DNA of 63,942 nt, counting the filler, from Chiloscyllium plagiosum (taxonomy: Eukaryota): the NCBI RefSeq assembly GCF_004010195.1. It is 4 parts of one record of this genome, joined end to end, with 100 filler letters (N's around TTAATTAATTAA, not from the genome) between each part and the next. Parts side by side here need not be neighbours in the genome. Positions count along the whole stretch, not along the records: positions 1 to 21,150 come from NC_057712.1; positions 21,251 to 48,576 come from NC_057712.1; 2 more parts are not named here. One strand, written 5' to 3'. The position numbers and the translations under genes are program-made. Below, in pieces: positions 12,946 through 25,399 of the stretch (position 1 is its first letter; each line of letters starts with the position of its first letter). The notes below the pieces were generated by a model. The model was not told the origin of the DNA. It made no database searches and worked only from the letters and a program-made list of their open reading frames with translations.

Positions 12946-13755
12946 TTCAAGCACACTATCCGAGTGAGTCATGACAAAGTTTTGGGTTCATGGTCAAGAT
13001 ATTTTGGAAGAAGGACAATGTAAAATTGATAAGGCAGGACTTATGCACTGGGGAGTATTGCTGAACAAAGTGACCTTGGGATGCAGGTGCATAATTCATT
13101 GAAGGTGGAGTCACATACGACCAGGGTAGTGAAGGCGGCATTTGGTACACTTGTTTTCATTGGTCAGTTCATGGAATATAGGAGTTGGGTTGGCAGATTG
13201 CAGCTGTAGGTTAGGCCACTTTTGGAATTCTGCATTGAATTCTGGCCTCTCTGCTATAGGACAGTTGTTGTGAAACTTGAAAGGTCTCAGAAAAGAATTA
13301 CAAGGAAGTTGCCGGGATTGGAGGGTCTGAGCTAAAGGGAGAGGCTGAATAGGTTGGGACTTTTTTTTTTCTGGATGAGAGGTGACCTTATAGAGGTTTA
13401 TAAAATCATGAGGGGCATAGATAGAGTGAATAGCCAAGGTCTTTTTTCCCAGGTTAGAGGTGTCCAAAACCAGAGACCAGAGATTTAAGGTGAGAGGCAA
13501 AAGATTTATAAAAGGGATCTGAGGAACAATGTTTTCACACAGAGAGTGGTGCATGTATGGAATGAGCTGCCAGAGGAAGTGGTGGAGGCTGGTACAATTG
13601 CAACATTAACAGACGTCTGGATGGGTATATGGATAGAAAAGGTTTAGAGGGACATGGGCCAAGTGCTGGCAAATGGGAATACATTAATGTAGGATATCTG
13701 GTTAGAATGGATGAGTTAGACTGAACAGTCTGTTTCTATGCTGTACAGCTCTATG
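12946..13755 (+). mobile_element. CR1 LINE 3' fragment (decayed RT C-terminus and 3' UTR)
   Basis: Collinear with the CR1 3' ends at 44600-45413 and 51280-52305; ends CTCTATG. Confidence 0.9.
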
Positions 13756-13779
13756 CCGTGAGGGAAGAATGTACCAGCT

Positions 13780-14095
13780 TGAGATAGAATGGGTTTGAAA
13801 AGAATAGAATTTGATATTGAGACTAAAAAACAAACTGAATTTATGATATTGATGGCAGAGAAAAGAGAAAGACAAAGAAAGAGAGTAAACAGAAGTGGAA
13901 TTTAAATTTCAAAGAGAAAAAGAAAAAGAAGAGTGAGATAAGTAATTCCACTAGAAAATGTTAGTTTTAAAAAAAAGACATCAGAAGCCAATGCAGGCTG
14001 TGCTGTGGAAAATCCTAGTCATAATCTAAAGGCCAGTGAGAAAATGTTTAAACTTGTACAAACTATGGTTACAAAAGTTGAGGAAAAGATGTGTA
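13780..14095 (+). mobile_element. Possible Gypsy gag relic
   Basis: E/K/R-rich coiled-coil-like coding stretch followed by an MFKLVQ...KVEEK-like motif; heavily decayed. Confidence 0.35.
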
Positions 14096-14164
14096 TTTGG
14101 TACAGTAGCCCATTCTCATGTATTCTTGGGTCCATTATCACAGTATCTGGAGGTGAAAATTAAT

Positions 14165-14730
14165 GCAGATGCTGAAATCTGTACTGAAAACAAAATATAT
14201 TAGAGATCATAGTGGGTCAGGCAGCATCCATGGAGAGAAAGTAAGCTAATGTTTCAGGTCTCGATGACTCTTTATCAGAGCTGAGGCTGAGGTTACCAGG
14301 CTTTCTGTCCACTGATGCTGCCTGACCCACTGTGATCTCCAGCATATTTTGTTTACAGATTACATTATATGGGTTGCTTTCAGTATAGCTCACCTATTTT
14401 TTCCTACTCTTAGCTCTTATTCTCAATTATTCAGCTTTTTTCCTACTCTGACATGCTATCCATTATCTCTGCATTTGCCTATCCCTTTCACGTTTCTCTC
14501 ACTGAGTTCTGTCTCCACTTGCCAGCTCACCTCTTCCCTTCCCCTCCTAATCCAACTTCAGCAATAAATGCCATATTTTCCCAGCTGATAACAGTTCTGA
14601 TGAAGAATTACTTGACTCTAAACATTACCTCTGTTTTCTTCCCACGGACACTGCCAAACTTGCTGAATTCCTGCAGAAATTATTGATTTTGTTCCAGATC
14701 TGTAGCAAATGCAGTACTTTGCTTTCTATT
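14165..14730. mobile_element. Old PLE-end fragments (inverted arms, degenerate hammerheads)
   Basis: GTGGGTCAGGCAGCATC (about 14212) and GATGCTGCCTGACCCAC (about 14314) form an inverted pair; CTGATGAAGA at 14597. Confidence 0.6.
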
Positions 14731-14774
14731 ACCTCACAAAAGTAACGTGATTCTGAACAAATGGAATAAATTAA

Positions 14775-14912
14775 TCATGCAGACTCTTTGGTCCAACTTG
14801 TCCATGCTGACCAGATATCCAAAATTAATCTATCCCATTTGCCAGCATTTGGCCCATATCCCTCTGGTCCCTTCACATTCATATATGCAACCAGATGTCT
14901 TTTAAATGTTCT
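14775..14912 (-). mobile_element. CR1 3' tail
   Basis: Translates as TFKRHL..YMN.KG.EGYGPNAGKWD. Confidence 0.85.
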
Positions 14913-15738
14913 AACTACAACTTTCTGTGTCACCAGGAGATAACAAACATATATCAAAGAAGCATTCTGGAGTGGTAGTTATTGATTTGTAACATTGAAA
15001 CCTTGACAGCCAATATGTGCTCATCAAGATTCCATAAACAGAAATGAGATTAAATGATTAGATAATCTGATTTTATTGATATTTGTTGAACAGATAAATA
15101 TTGGTCAGGACACCAGAGAGGTTTTTGGTTCAAAATAATGCTATGAGGTATTTTATATCCATAACATCCAATGATGACTGCTTTGACAATGCAACACTCT
15201 TTATTTGCTTCATTGGAGAGCTAACCTAAATTATATATTCAGTTGTAGTCTTGAAGTCACCATCTTCTGAGTCAAAGATGAGCCAATGATATCTAACTGG
15301 ATGAAAAAAAATCCTCCGAAGACAGCTTAATAGACCTGAAATTTTAATTCTGTTTTCTCTCCACAGATACTGCCAGACTTGCTTTCCAAGACTTAGTTTC
15401 CAACAATTTCTGTTTTTGATATCTCAATGGACACGGATAGTGCAAACATCTAATCCGATTCAATTGTTTTTGAGTTGTTTGTTATTCTGCTACACTACTT
15501 AAATTTGCAACCAGACCACTGACCGAACAAATCAATGGTGTACCCTAACACTGTGTTGTTAAATGCCTGGAAGTTAAGCTTACCATATATGGGAACATGG
15601 TGAGAAATATTAGGAACACTTAACATGTACTCTCTTAATTTTAAGGTGGGTTAATTATTCTAAATTAAGCCCAGGAGCAAAGTAACAAGCTAAAAGAAGA
15701 AACATCTGCACAATATTAAAAAGGTTTCAGCCTCTTAC

Positions 15739-15855
15739 CGGTGGAGAATTGAATATGTGTAGAGAAGAACCTTTCAGTCCCAGAAACTTGCACTTGTAAA
15801 GCTGATTGGATTCAGCTCCTAGCAGCTTCTCACTCACCCACCCCATGTGAATTAT
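15739..15855 (-). CDS. SNTG2: SNTG2 internal exon, 117 nt, IIHMGWVSEKLLGAESNQLYKCKFLGLKGSSLHIFNSPP (start of PH2 region)
   Basis: CAG acceptor (15856-15858) and GTAAG donor (15734-15738); 39 codons. HMGWV..KFL.LKG..PP syntrophin motif. Not in the ORF track; translated by hand. Confidence 0.95.
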
Positions 15856-16578
15856 CTGCAGAGGAAAACCTTAGAAAATTGAAAAGTCAATCCTCAAAAT
15901 CAAAACACAGTATTTTTTAATGATTCTTGCACACAAAGTCATTAATTTTGTAATGAAACCTCTTCAAGGACTCTGTGCGGTCATAATGTCTAAATCAGAT
16001 AGGAAATTGCTCAACTGGATTATCGAGGTATCAACACTTAAAAGCATTCGGTGTGGAATTATGAGGATTTGAATCCAATTTAGAATGACAGCCTCCATTG
16101 CTGCAAAGGCACAACAAGGATAGGCTCAGCAAGCTCAAAATATTCTTCAGAATTGGCAGCTTACTCACAGAATGCACAGCATTGCAGGTTCAATGTCACT
16201 TTACATTTAATTTTTTGCTTTATGCATAAAAGAGAGACTCGCCAGCAACTTTAGGATATTTTAAAAGCTACAGTCAGAAAGCTATCGCAGCAAAGAATGA
16301 CTGAGTTTTCCTTGTTGTTTTGAGATAGAAATACAAATTCTGAAATGAATAAACCCATATATATTTTGGCCATCCAATATTTGTAGATTGAAGGTTATAA
16401 CAATTGATGATTTCACGTATCACTCATTTCACGTTTACATAAATTGCAGATTTTTTCACAAAGGAAGAGTGGGCACTTTTAAAGTGATGTTTGCTCAAAA
16501 TTACTAAGTGAAAACAGTAACCGCATGAGATTTTCATTATATTATATAATGCTGTGATTCTGTTGGAAACAAGAGCCT

Positions 16579-16888
16579 CGGCACGGTGGCCCAGTGGTCA
16601 GCACTGTTGCCTCACAGCGCCAGAAACCCGGCTTCAATTCTGCCTCAGGCTGAATTTATACATTCTCCCCGTGTCTGCATGAGTTTCCTCCGGGTGCTCC
16701 GGTTTCCTCCCACAGTCCAGAAATGTGCAGGTTAGGTGAATTGGCCATGCTAAATTGCCCGTAGTGTTAGGCGAAGGGGTAAATGTAGGGGAATGGGTCT
16801 GGATGGGTTGCGATTCGGCGGGTCGATGTGGACTTGTTGGGCCAAAGGGCCTGTTTCCACACTGTAAGTAATCTAATCTAATCTAATC
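16579..16888 (+). mobile_element. HE1-type SINE, near full length
   Basis: A-box and B-box-like head (GGTGGCCCAGTGG, GGCTTCAATTC), core and (TAATC)n tail. Confidence 0.92.
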
Positions 16889-18307
16889 ATTCAGGCTGTT
16901 CATAATGCTAGCAGTTACCACACTGGTTTAACAATAGCTCTGGACAGGCAGGGACACTGAAAACCACACGATAGGCTGGGGATGTGCATAGCCAGAGTTT
17001 CAATATTGTTTGCTGGGTTGAACAATTTAGCTTAATGGGCTATTCATAATCAAATCATTCTGAGCTGTTAGTCAAATGATGTTGCTGGAAGTCTCCAACA
17101 GAGGGAAAGATCTGACTCAGTACCAGTCAGAAAAATGACATTTAATAAATTCTTTTGGTTTTATGTTTCATCTCTGGGCAGCAGTACTTTAATTTGAAAT
17201 CACACATTTTGGAGCTTCTTTCATTGTAGAACTTTTTCAAAAGACGTCACTTTCAATTACATCCAGTTCTGAACTCATATGAAGAATGTTGTTTGCAATC
17301 TCAAGAAGATTGAAGGTGATCCTTTTCGAAATGGGGCTGTAAATTATGGAGATACATATGGAAAGTGGAGCTTGTTTTACTGGAGAAAAAGTTTTAAAAT
17401 TCAATGATACTTTGCGAGCAAACAGGTTATGTAACTTTGACACTACTCGCAGAGACAAAGGATACTTGTCCAAAATTAACAAGTCTCAAACAAAGAGTCT
17501 GGATTAGAATTCCACAGATTGTGTGCAACAGAGTTCTAAGGAAAAGTGCAGTTGATTGTTGATTAATGTTCATTAATCCCTTTAATAAAGACCAGGGTAA
17601 AAAATATGGGTAATGTGTAAGCAATTTATAGAGATATGCATAAGCACAGCAGGTAAGAAAATTTATGGGATATGACAAGACTATGAAGGTATCAACTAAT
17701 GAATAAAACTGATTAAATGGTACAGATATAATATCGAACTGAAACTTCGACACGATATTAAAATCCAGACCAAAACCCACAATTTTATCCCCTTAGAAAC
17801 TTTTTACTGCCTCTCTCATTTAGTGGAACCTCTGGAAAGAAGGAGCAAATGGCCTTTGCTTGTTCTACATTTTCCATTTAATATTCTGAATATTCCTTTG
17901 ATTTTTTGAAAGAATGTTAAACTTCAATTAGGTCACAACATCGTGATATGAAGCTGACCTCATTCTCCGAGTGTAAAGATAGATAGTTTGAAGGGTACTA
18001 AAACTTTCCAAGTCATTACTCTTGGATGTCTGACTAACATGCAAATAAGTAGAGCATAGCAGTATTGATGATAAGATGACATACAGGCTAGGAATGAAAT
18101 GTTTTACATGACAGCTAGCTTTATGTAACTTAATTGTCTGTTTTTGTGGAGACGAAAAGAAGCACCATAGCAATTCTCTGACAATATTTTTTATCTTAGC
18201 CTCCATTTTGTCCATTTCTGCAAATGCAAATAAGAATTGCCAAACCGTCATACACTGATTCACATTTATTTAGCCTCTAAATAACTGGCTATAGGTGTTA
18301 CAGCAAA

Positions 18308-18656
18308 TCACAGAATTGCTACAGTGTGAAAACAGGCCCTTCAATGCAACAAGTCTACACTGATCCTCCGAAGAGTAGCCTGCTCAGATCCATTCCCCTA
18401 CCCTCTTGCTCTACAGTTACCCCTGACGAATGCACCTAACCTACACATCCCTAAACACTATGGACAATTTAGTGTGGTCAATTCATCTAACATGCACATC
18501 TTTGGATTGTGGGAGGAAACTGGAGTACCCGGAGGAAACCCACACACGCACAGGGAGAATGTGCAAACTCCACACAGAAAGTTGCCCGAGGCTGGAATCA
18601 AACCCGGATCCCTGGTGTTGTGAGGCAGCAGAGCTAACCACTGAGCCACTGTGCCC
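18308..18656 (-). mobile_element. HE1-type SINE, full length
   Basis: Minus strand reads GGGCACAGTGGCTCAGTGGTTAGC...GGTTTGATTCC, then the core and CR1-like tail. Confidence 0.92.
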
Positions 18657-20395
18657 TGAGGAGATGGCAAGAGATTTTTCACTTTGAGAATAGACTGTAA
18701 CAAACATTGTTGGATGGGAAAATTTGGATCCATAATTTTCAAAAAGTTAGAATGTAAACAAGTATAACTATAAGATTTTAGTCTAACCTGTGCCGTCAAT
18801 GGTCAATAGAATAACAAATAACTAAAAGAAACCAGCGAAATGTTCAAGATAGCAATGTTTGTGATAATATTGTACTTCAGACCTGGAAGACTCTTGACAT
18901 CCAATGGTAATTAGAATAATAATTGTCAATACTTCTGGTCCAGTAAAACAAACTCAACTAAGGCCCTGCTAATGATCAGAACTTTAAAAGACGGGTAGGT
19001 TGTGTCAATGCGACTATGGTCAATTGCTAACAGTCATTTGGTGATAATACAGAAAATGTCTAACAGGCGTGAAATTAGAAGTCAATATTTTCATGAGGAG
19101 AAAGAGGAGTGAAATTGTGGAATAAAGTATCAAATCTGCAGAGAGAGTTCAGGGAATGAAGACCTCCCAGGAAATAGTCATGAGGAAGTTATGTTACCCA
19201 AAGCAAAGTAAAATAATGGATAAGAAACAATTAAGGTTCAAGTGTCAAGGTAAAGCTTGATGGAAAACTATTCCTAAAGTTGACGAAAGTGCTTCTCTAA
19301 TATATTTTTTGCCTGATTATGGTAATCACTGTTATAAACATCATTTGCAACTTTTGGACCTACAGTAATTTTATCAGCCAAGATGGCATTCGGTATTATT
19401 ATATTTCTAATTGACTAAGTTATGCAGCAAGATAATTTATAAAAGATAAATTTTAGCTTAAATTCCCTTATTTATCTACTGGGTATCTTGTTCAGTGATA
19501 GACTTTTATATCAATTCTCTATTTTATTGTTCCAGTCTATGTTTGAATCTGACAATTGACTGAAGGGTATCAATTTATTTTATGTTTTGTAAGTACCAGT
19601 CTTAACCAGAACTCCATTGGAAAACAAGTGATAATAGAAAGTGAATATTTGTATAAATGGGAGATTAGAGATCAGAAATGTAAGAGACAAATAAAAATCT
19701 GCTGCTATACATTAGGATGAAACTTATTTCACAATACCTTTGAGCAGTTTTTGAACTGCTGTGTCTTTATTTTATTTATTTAAGTCCACAATGCCAAACA
19801 AACTACTGTTTAACTCCCCGTGAAAAAAAAGTAGATTACCTTAAGAAACAAATACAATATATCAGACTAGAACAAATGCAGTTTCCCTTTATTTGAGCGC
19901 TGTTTGCAATTTGCAGTATGGATTTTAAAAGAAAGATAATGTGTGTGAATTCATTAAAACACCCCTGGCTATAGATAGCCATTAATTACAAAATATGCAA
20001 ACACAATAAAATAAATAAATTAGTGCTTCCAAGTTGAGTAGCCATGATACAGATCTCAATAACCAAGGAAGTGACAGCAATAATACCTTTCAAATTCTTC
20101 ATCTCAAACATGATTGAAGTCTAAACATTATTTAAACAAGGTTTGTTATGAGTGCAAATACTAAATAATGCACATACAATTCCTTTAAATTTAACCTGCA
20201 CACATGTTCAAATTCCAGCTACCCTTCATTTGGTCACAATTATGTAATAGATTTTGCCATCACATTGCTCTTATCAGCTAGCAAGTCTTCACATCCTTTT
20301 CACTCCTTTAGTTCAGATGGAGAAAATATATTTCTTACATGGAAACATGTTTTCATTAGATATATGACTTTTTCTCCAAAGGAGAGGCATCCTAC

Positions 20396-20434
20396 CTGAT
20401 CATTTGAAGGACAGCATTTATTGGCCATTTTCAT
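20396..20434 (-). CDS. SNTG2: Gamma-2-syntrophin internal exon, 39 nt, MKMANKCCPSNDQ
   Basis: CAG acceptor (plus ctg 20435-20437) and GTAGG donor (plus cctac 20391-20395); 13 codons, phase 0/0. Matches the SNTG2 segment MKMANKCCSPSDQ as I recall it. Confidence 0.93.
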
Positions 20435-20904
20435 CTGTACATTTAAAATAATATATGGAAAAGAATCATTAATGCTGATATATTCAAGAAACATCAAAAC
20501 ATTTCTCAAAATATTTCCCAAACTCCATTTGTGATCAACTGGAAAAGTTTCTAAAGTTTGATATCACCATTTTATTGCACACATGTTTTATGTACTGCTA
20601 TTATATTCCTTTCTCCATTACTTGAGAAGTTGCCTGTATATATTAAATTGATTAAAATTTCTATTAATTTAGTCCAGGGCAAAGTTAACATATTAGTGCA
20701 GCAAAATCATCAACAGTAATCCCTAACTTTCAATCTGGTCTTTGACATTTTATTGAGTTTTAAAGGCAAAGCATAACAATGCTCAAGACTAAAGACAAAA
20801 ATGCTTGGATTACCTTAATGATGGGAGAAAGATGCTGGAGACCAGAGCTGAAAATGTGTGGCTGGAAAAGCGCAGCAGGTCAGGCAGCATCCAAGGAGCA
20901 GGAG

Positions 20905-20940
20905 AATCGACGTTTCGGGCATGAGCCCTTCATCAGGAAT
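20905..20940 (-). ncRNA. Minimal hammerhead motif, copy 1
   Basis: Minus strand: ATTC-CTGATGA-A-GGGC(TCAT)GCCC-GAAA-C-GTC-GATT. Stem I is weak. Confidence 0.75.
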
Positions 20941-21076
20941 GAGGAAAGTGTGCCAAGCAGGGTAAGATAAAAGGTAGGGAGGAGGGACTTGGGGGAGAGA
21001 AAGATGCTGGAGACCAGAGCTGAAAATGTGTGGCTGGAAAAGCGCAGCAGGTCAGGCAGCATCCAAGGAGCAGGAG

Positions 21077-21112
21077 AATCGACGTTTCGGGCATGAGCCC
21101 TTCATCAGGAAT
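21077..21112 (-). ncRNA. Minimal hammerhead motif, copy 2
   Basis: Identical to 20905-20940, offset 172. Confidence 0.75.
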
Positions 21113-21150
21113 GAGGAAAGTGTGCCAAGCAGGGTAAGATAAAAGGTAGG

Positions 21151-21250
21151 NNNNNNNNNNNNNNNNNNNNNNNNNNNNNNNNNNNNNNNNNNNNTTAATT
21201 AATTAANNNNNNNNNNNNNNNNNNNNNNNNNNNNNNNNNNNNNNNNNNNN
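21151..21250. other. Assembly gap with artificial TTAATTAATTAA spacer
   Basis: 44 N + 12 nt + 44 N; the same structure recurs at 48577 and 60677. Confidence 0.97.
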
Positions 21251-22389
21251 GAAGACAGCGAGTGGTAGTTGAAGGAAAATATTCTGCTTGGAAGTCAGTG
21301 GTGAGTGGTGTTCCACAGGGCTCTGTCCTTGGGCCTCTACTGTTTGTAATTTTTATTAATGACTTGGATGAGGGGATTGAAGGATGGGTCAGCAAGATTC
21401 CTGAAGAAGGGCTCATGCCCAAAACGTTGATTCTCCTGCTCCTTGGATGCTGCCTCACCTGCTGCACTTTTCCAGCAACACATTTTCAGCTAAGCAAGTT
21501 TGCAGACAACACAAAGGTCGGAGGTGTCGTTAACAGTATAGAAGGCTGTTGTAGGCTGCAGCGGGACATTGACAGGATGCAGAGATGGGCTGAGTGGTGG
21601 CAGGTGGAGTTCAACCTGGATAAAGGCGAGGTGATGCATTTTGGAAGGTTAAATTTGAAAGCTGAGTACAGGATTAAGATTAGGATTCTTGGCAATGTGG
21701 AGGAACAGAGGGATCTTGGTGTGCAGGTACATAGATCCCTTAAAATGGCCACCCAAGTGGACAGCGTTGTTAAGAAAGCATATGGTGTTTTGGCTTTCAT
21801 TAACAAGGGGATTGGGTTTAAGAGTCATGAGATCTTGTTGCAGCTCGATAAAACTTTGGTTAGACCGCACTTGAAATACTGCGTCCAGTTCTGGTCGCCA
21901 TATTATAGGAAATATGTGGATGCTTTGGAGAGGGTTCAGAGGAGGTTTACCAGAATGCTGCCTACACTGGAGGGCTTATCTTATGAAGAGAGGTTGACTG
22001 AGCTCGGACTTATTCCATTGGAGAAAAGGAGGAGGAGAGGGGACCTAGTTGAGTTATACAAGATAATGAGAGGCATAGATAGAGTTGATAGCCAGAGACT
22101 ATTTCCCAGGGCAGAAATGGCTAACACGAGGGGTCACAGTTTTAAGCTGGTTGGAGGAAAGTATAGAGGGGATGTCAGAGGCGGGTTCTTTACACAGAGA
22201 GTTGTGAGAGCATGGAATGCGTTGCCAGCAGCAGTTGTGGAAGCAAGGTCATTGGGGGCATTTAAGAGACTGGTGGACATGCATATGGTCACAGAAATTT
22301 GACGGTGCATACATGAGGATCAATGGTCGGCACAACATCGTGGGCTGAAGGGCCTGTTCTGTGCTGTACTGTTCTATGTTCTATGTTCT
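21251..22389 (+). mobile_element. CR1 LINE 3' portion (RT; ORF 21262..22302), probably inactive
   Basis: SGVPQGSVLGPLLF..INDL, FADN in place of FADD, LVRPHL.YCVQFWSP, and a (GTTCTAT)n tail. Confidence 0.95.
21397..21492 (+). mobile_element. PLE-end module, family A, inserted in the CR1 RT with 6-bp TSD
   Basis: AGCAAG at 21391-21396 and 21493-21498. Begins ATTCCTGAAGAAGGGCTCATGCCCAAAACGTT (GAAA mutated to AAAA). Confidence 0.88.
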
Positions 22390-25300
22390 AAATGTATGCA
22401 TTCTTTTGCTGACTCTCATTGGGAGCTTTGGAATTTCTTGTAGTTACCATAAGATTGAAACCCTGCCTTCGAGGTATACGAGGCTAAAGGTGTATAACAT
22501 ATGTTTATGCATTCAGAAGTGTTCCATTGCCACCTTTCCAAATATAAAAGAATATATTTTTCTTATGCCATGATCCTGAACAATAATGAAAGCTAGTATT
22601 GAAAGGAAATTATTGGGCATGGCCCAGCATGGACAAGGACTGTAAGTTATAAATAGCTCATCTGGATGTGAGTGAAACATAGCAGACAATTATATAAACT
22701 CTGTATACATTACAGTCTTTCGATTTGTCATTTACAGAGTCAATGAGTAGGATAAAAAGCAGAAGACAAGCCAAAATTTGTCTACTACCGAAATTGCCAG
22801 GTGTTCTTCAATTAGAAAGTTGCTTTCCAATCTCCAAAAGTCAGAAATCATTTAATTTTTGTTTTTTTCACTTTGCTGAAAATCCTATTCATTATTAAAC
22901 TTGTAAATTCAATTGTAACTGCTTGCCACCTTGAGATAAGGACCAAGGAGAATATGATTTCAGTTCATTCACCAAGGAAACAGAAAGTTTTTCTAGCAGT
23001 TGATCAATGTCAACCATCAGCACTTTTGATACACAGCTTGACTCACTACAAGTGCATTCTGGGAATTGAGGTGCATGTTCATATGGTTGGGTTACCATTC
23101 ACTTTAAGGGACAAAACATTTTGAGGCACAAGAGTTCAATTTCCTAATATCCCAGTGTATAAATTCTGCACTGCAAGTGCTAAAGATAAAATCTACCTTT
23201 TGCTACATATTTAACATTCTGATTCAGTGTCAGTATCAATATGGGAGACCTGGACAGGATATTGATGTCCAACTGTTAGCTAACTGGCTTCCTTCAAGCT
23301 TTTTAAATAGCTCATTATGCTATGCTCATGGGTTATTTGGACAGCTGAACTGTGCTCTGCACCAGGCCACATCAAGCGGATGAGCAGTAAACAGATTGAA
23401 TAACTACTGAGTTTCATATATTATTCCTCTATGAGGAAACTTGAAACCTCAAGGTTTGTTTAAATAAATCAGGACTAACAAGTAGGGCAGAACTAACTAA
23501 GAAGTTAAATCAAACGTAATTTTCATTGCATACTATACAAGCAAATGATGCAGAGGTTCATTATAACATAAGTGCTAGTCTAACTTATTCATGGTTTCAA
23601 AAGTGTGTGCTTGATTGCTCACATTAAAAAAACTTTGGTTATTATTGCTGTTTGCCTTTCAAAGTACAGAAATGTTCTCATCGTGAATGTGGATCTGCTG
23701 CTGTTTCATTTCCTACAATTTTGTAGATATTTTTAATCACCCTTTTCAGATGTGTAAGGACCTATCTCTGGAGGAGGTGGAACTTGAAACTGGGCCTTCT
23801 GTATCTGAGGTAGGGACACTACTAGTGCACCAGAAGAGGCAGCCTCCCACTCTCCTACAGCTCCCATTCTTCCGAGTTGAATTAGCATTATTCTTGACCA
23901 TTGCTTAACTACTAATTAAGACATGCAAGGCAGGAAATGGGCATCATTACTGCCCCATTCCATACTTTCAATGTTAATTATAATGCAACTCAACATCTTA
24001 TCCAATCAACCATTGAATAGGAAACATTTAATATTTGTAGTGGCTGTCCTTAAAATATTGTGTTGCGATATCTGGAAAAAAGTTAGAAAGAAAAAGATGC
24101 AAAAGAGAGCTGTGATACCTCAATTAATTTTGGGAAGGACAGGAGATATTTTTGACTTACTTCAGTTACAATCTGAATTCTAATGAATAATAGAATCCCT
24201 AACTATAATCTAGTTTCAATTAGCACCCAACTTGAGAGGTTTACAATTAATTGTGCGAGCATTGAGTGCAATTAATCTTGGACCAATATCAGTATAAACT
24301 TTTGTTGGTATTTAAAATAAGGTTACATATTCATATTTAGGTGATCTTGTAATCCAGTGGTGGTAAATGTTCAAGTCTCACCTGTATTAAATGTATATCA
24401 CAACAGTTTCAGAATATTTACACATTCAAATTTTGAGGAGATTCATATCTGTGTAATATCAGACCTAAATTGCCGTTTCTCTTGCATTCGGCAGCTCTCA
24501 GGTGTTCAATTTCTTTGCGTGATAGTTCTCACAGCAATTTGTTTACACACGTTATTAAACATCCCCAATTGTCAGTGGGATATAATTGTTACCACTATGC
24601 CACAAGATCCCAATCGCATGTTCTATTTTGAATACCATATATAAAAGATTTCATCTGTATGTAGCCATAAAGACTGAATTGATTGTTAGTACAAAATAGT
24701 TATTCACAATTATTATTCAGTTACTAATATTGCTAATGTATCTGAATTAGTGACTGGTCATGACTCAAGTTACCCTGTAGAGTGTTAGATGCAATAATCT
24801 AAATAAAGCAGCCCAATGACTAATTTACTTCTTGACTTCATGAATAAGTCCGCCATTACTTTCAGACACAAACAGAAACAGTACAGTACAAAATACACCC
24901 TGAGAGGGCAATGTATATTTTATAATGCAGGCTATTTTAAATTAAATAATTTTAGAGGATAAATGAGATGCCCATAAACTTTGTCCTTACATGATATAGG
25001 CAGGATAATGGCAGCATTTGCTGACACCCAGGAACGTGTGTAGTCGCTGCAAAATCTCAGAAATCAATTGAAATAAAGAACAATTAAAAACCTAACAAAG
25101 CCTTAAAAAAGTAAACAAAACAAAACTGTCTGAAAAAAGAATAAATGGGCAGAACAATTCATTATATTATTTCATTTCACATACAATTCAGTTCTAGTTG
25201 AATGGTCAACAATTGCCAAGAGTTCAAATAAGCATGTTCATCTGTGTATACCCTCTTAACAATGTTTTCTTTCATGATTCATATTGTATTTCAATTTATA

Positions 25301-25399
25301 AATGTTCATTTCTCTCAGTAGACCTACATGAAACAAAAATTTGCAAACATGTTGATAATTATAATATTAGTTTATGCCATACGTGTACGTTTGACAAGA

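Larger units (their letters stand above)
20823..21150 (-). mobile_element. Tandem 172-bp PLE terminal (pseudo-LTR) units, family A, truncated by a gap
   Basis: GATGCTGGAG at 20831 and 21003; the units are identical; each holds a hammerhead core. Confidence 0.85.

Noticed and set aside
7868..20434. Assignment of the exons to SNTG1
   Set aside because: The peptides (MANKCC, CWLQANL.LGL, FMEVQR.G) fit SNTG2 better as I recall both proteins; a BLAST search would confirm this.
20823..21150. CRISPR-like array
   Set aside because: The units are fully identical with no unique spacers; the context is eukaryotic with no cas genes.
21195..21206. TTAATTAATTAA palindrome, also at 48621 and 60721, as a biological motif
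   Set aside because: It is always centred in 44+44 N and gives stops in all six frames, so it is a scaffolding linker.
24991..25046. Possible minus-strand exon (TTTTGCAG...GTAAG)
   Set aside because: It is 56 nt, would shift the frame, and has no syntrophin similarity.
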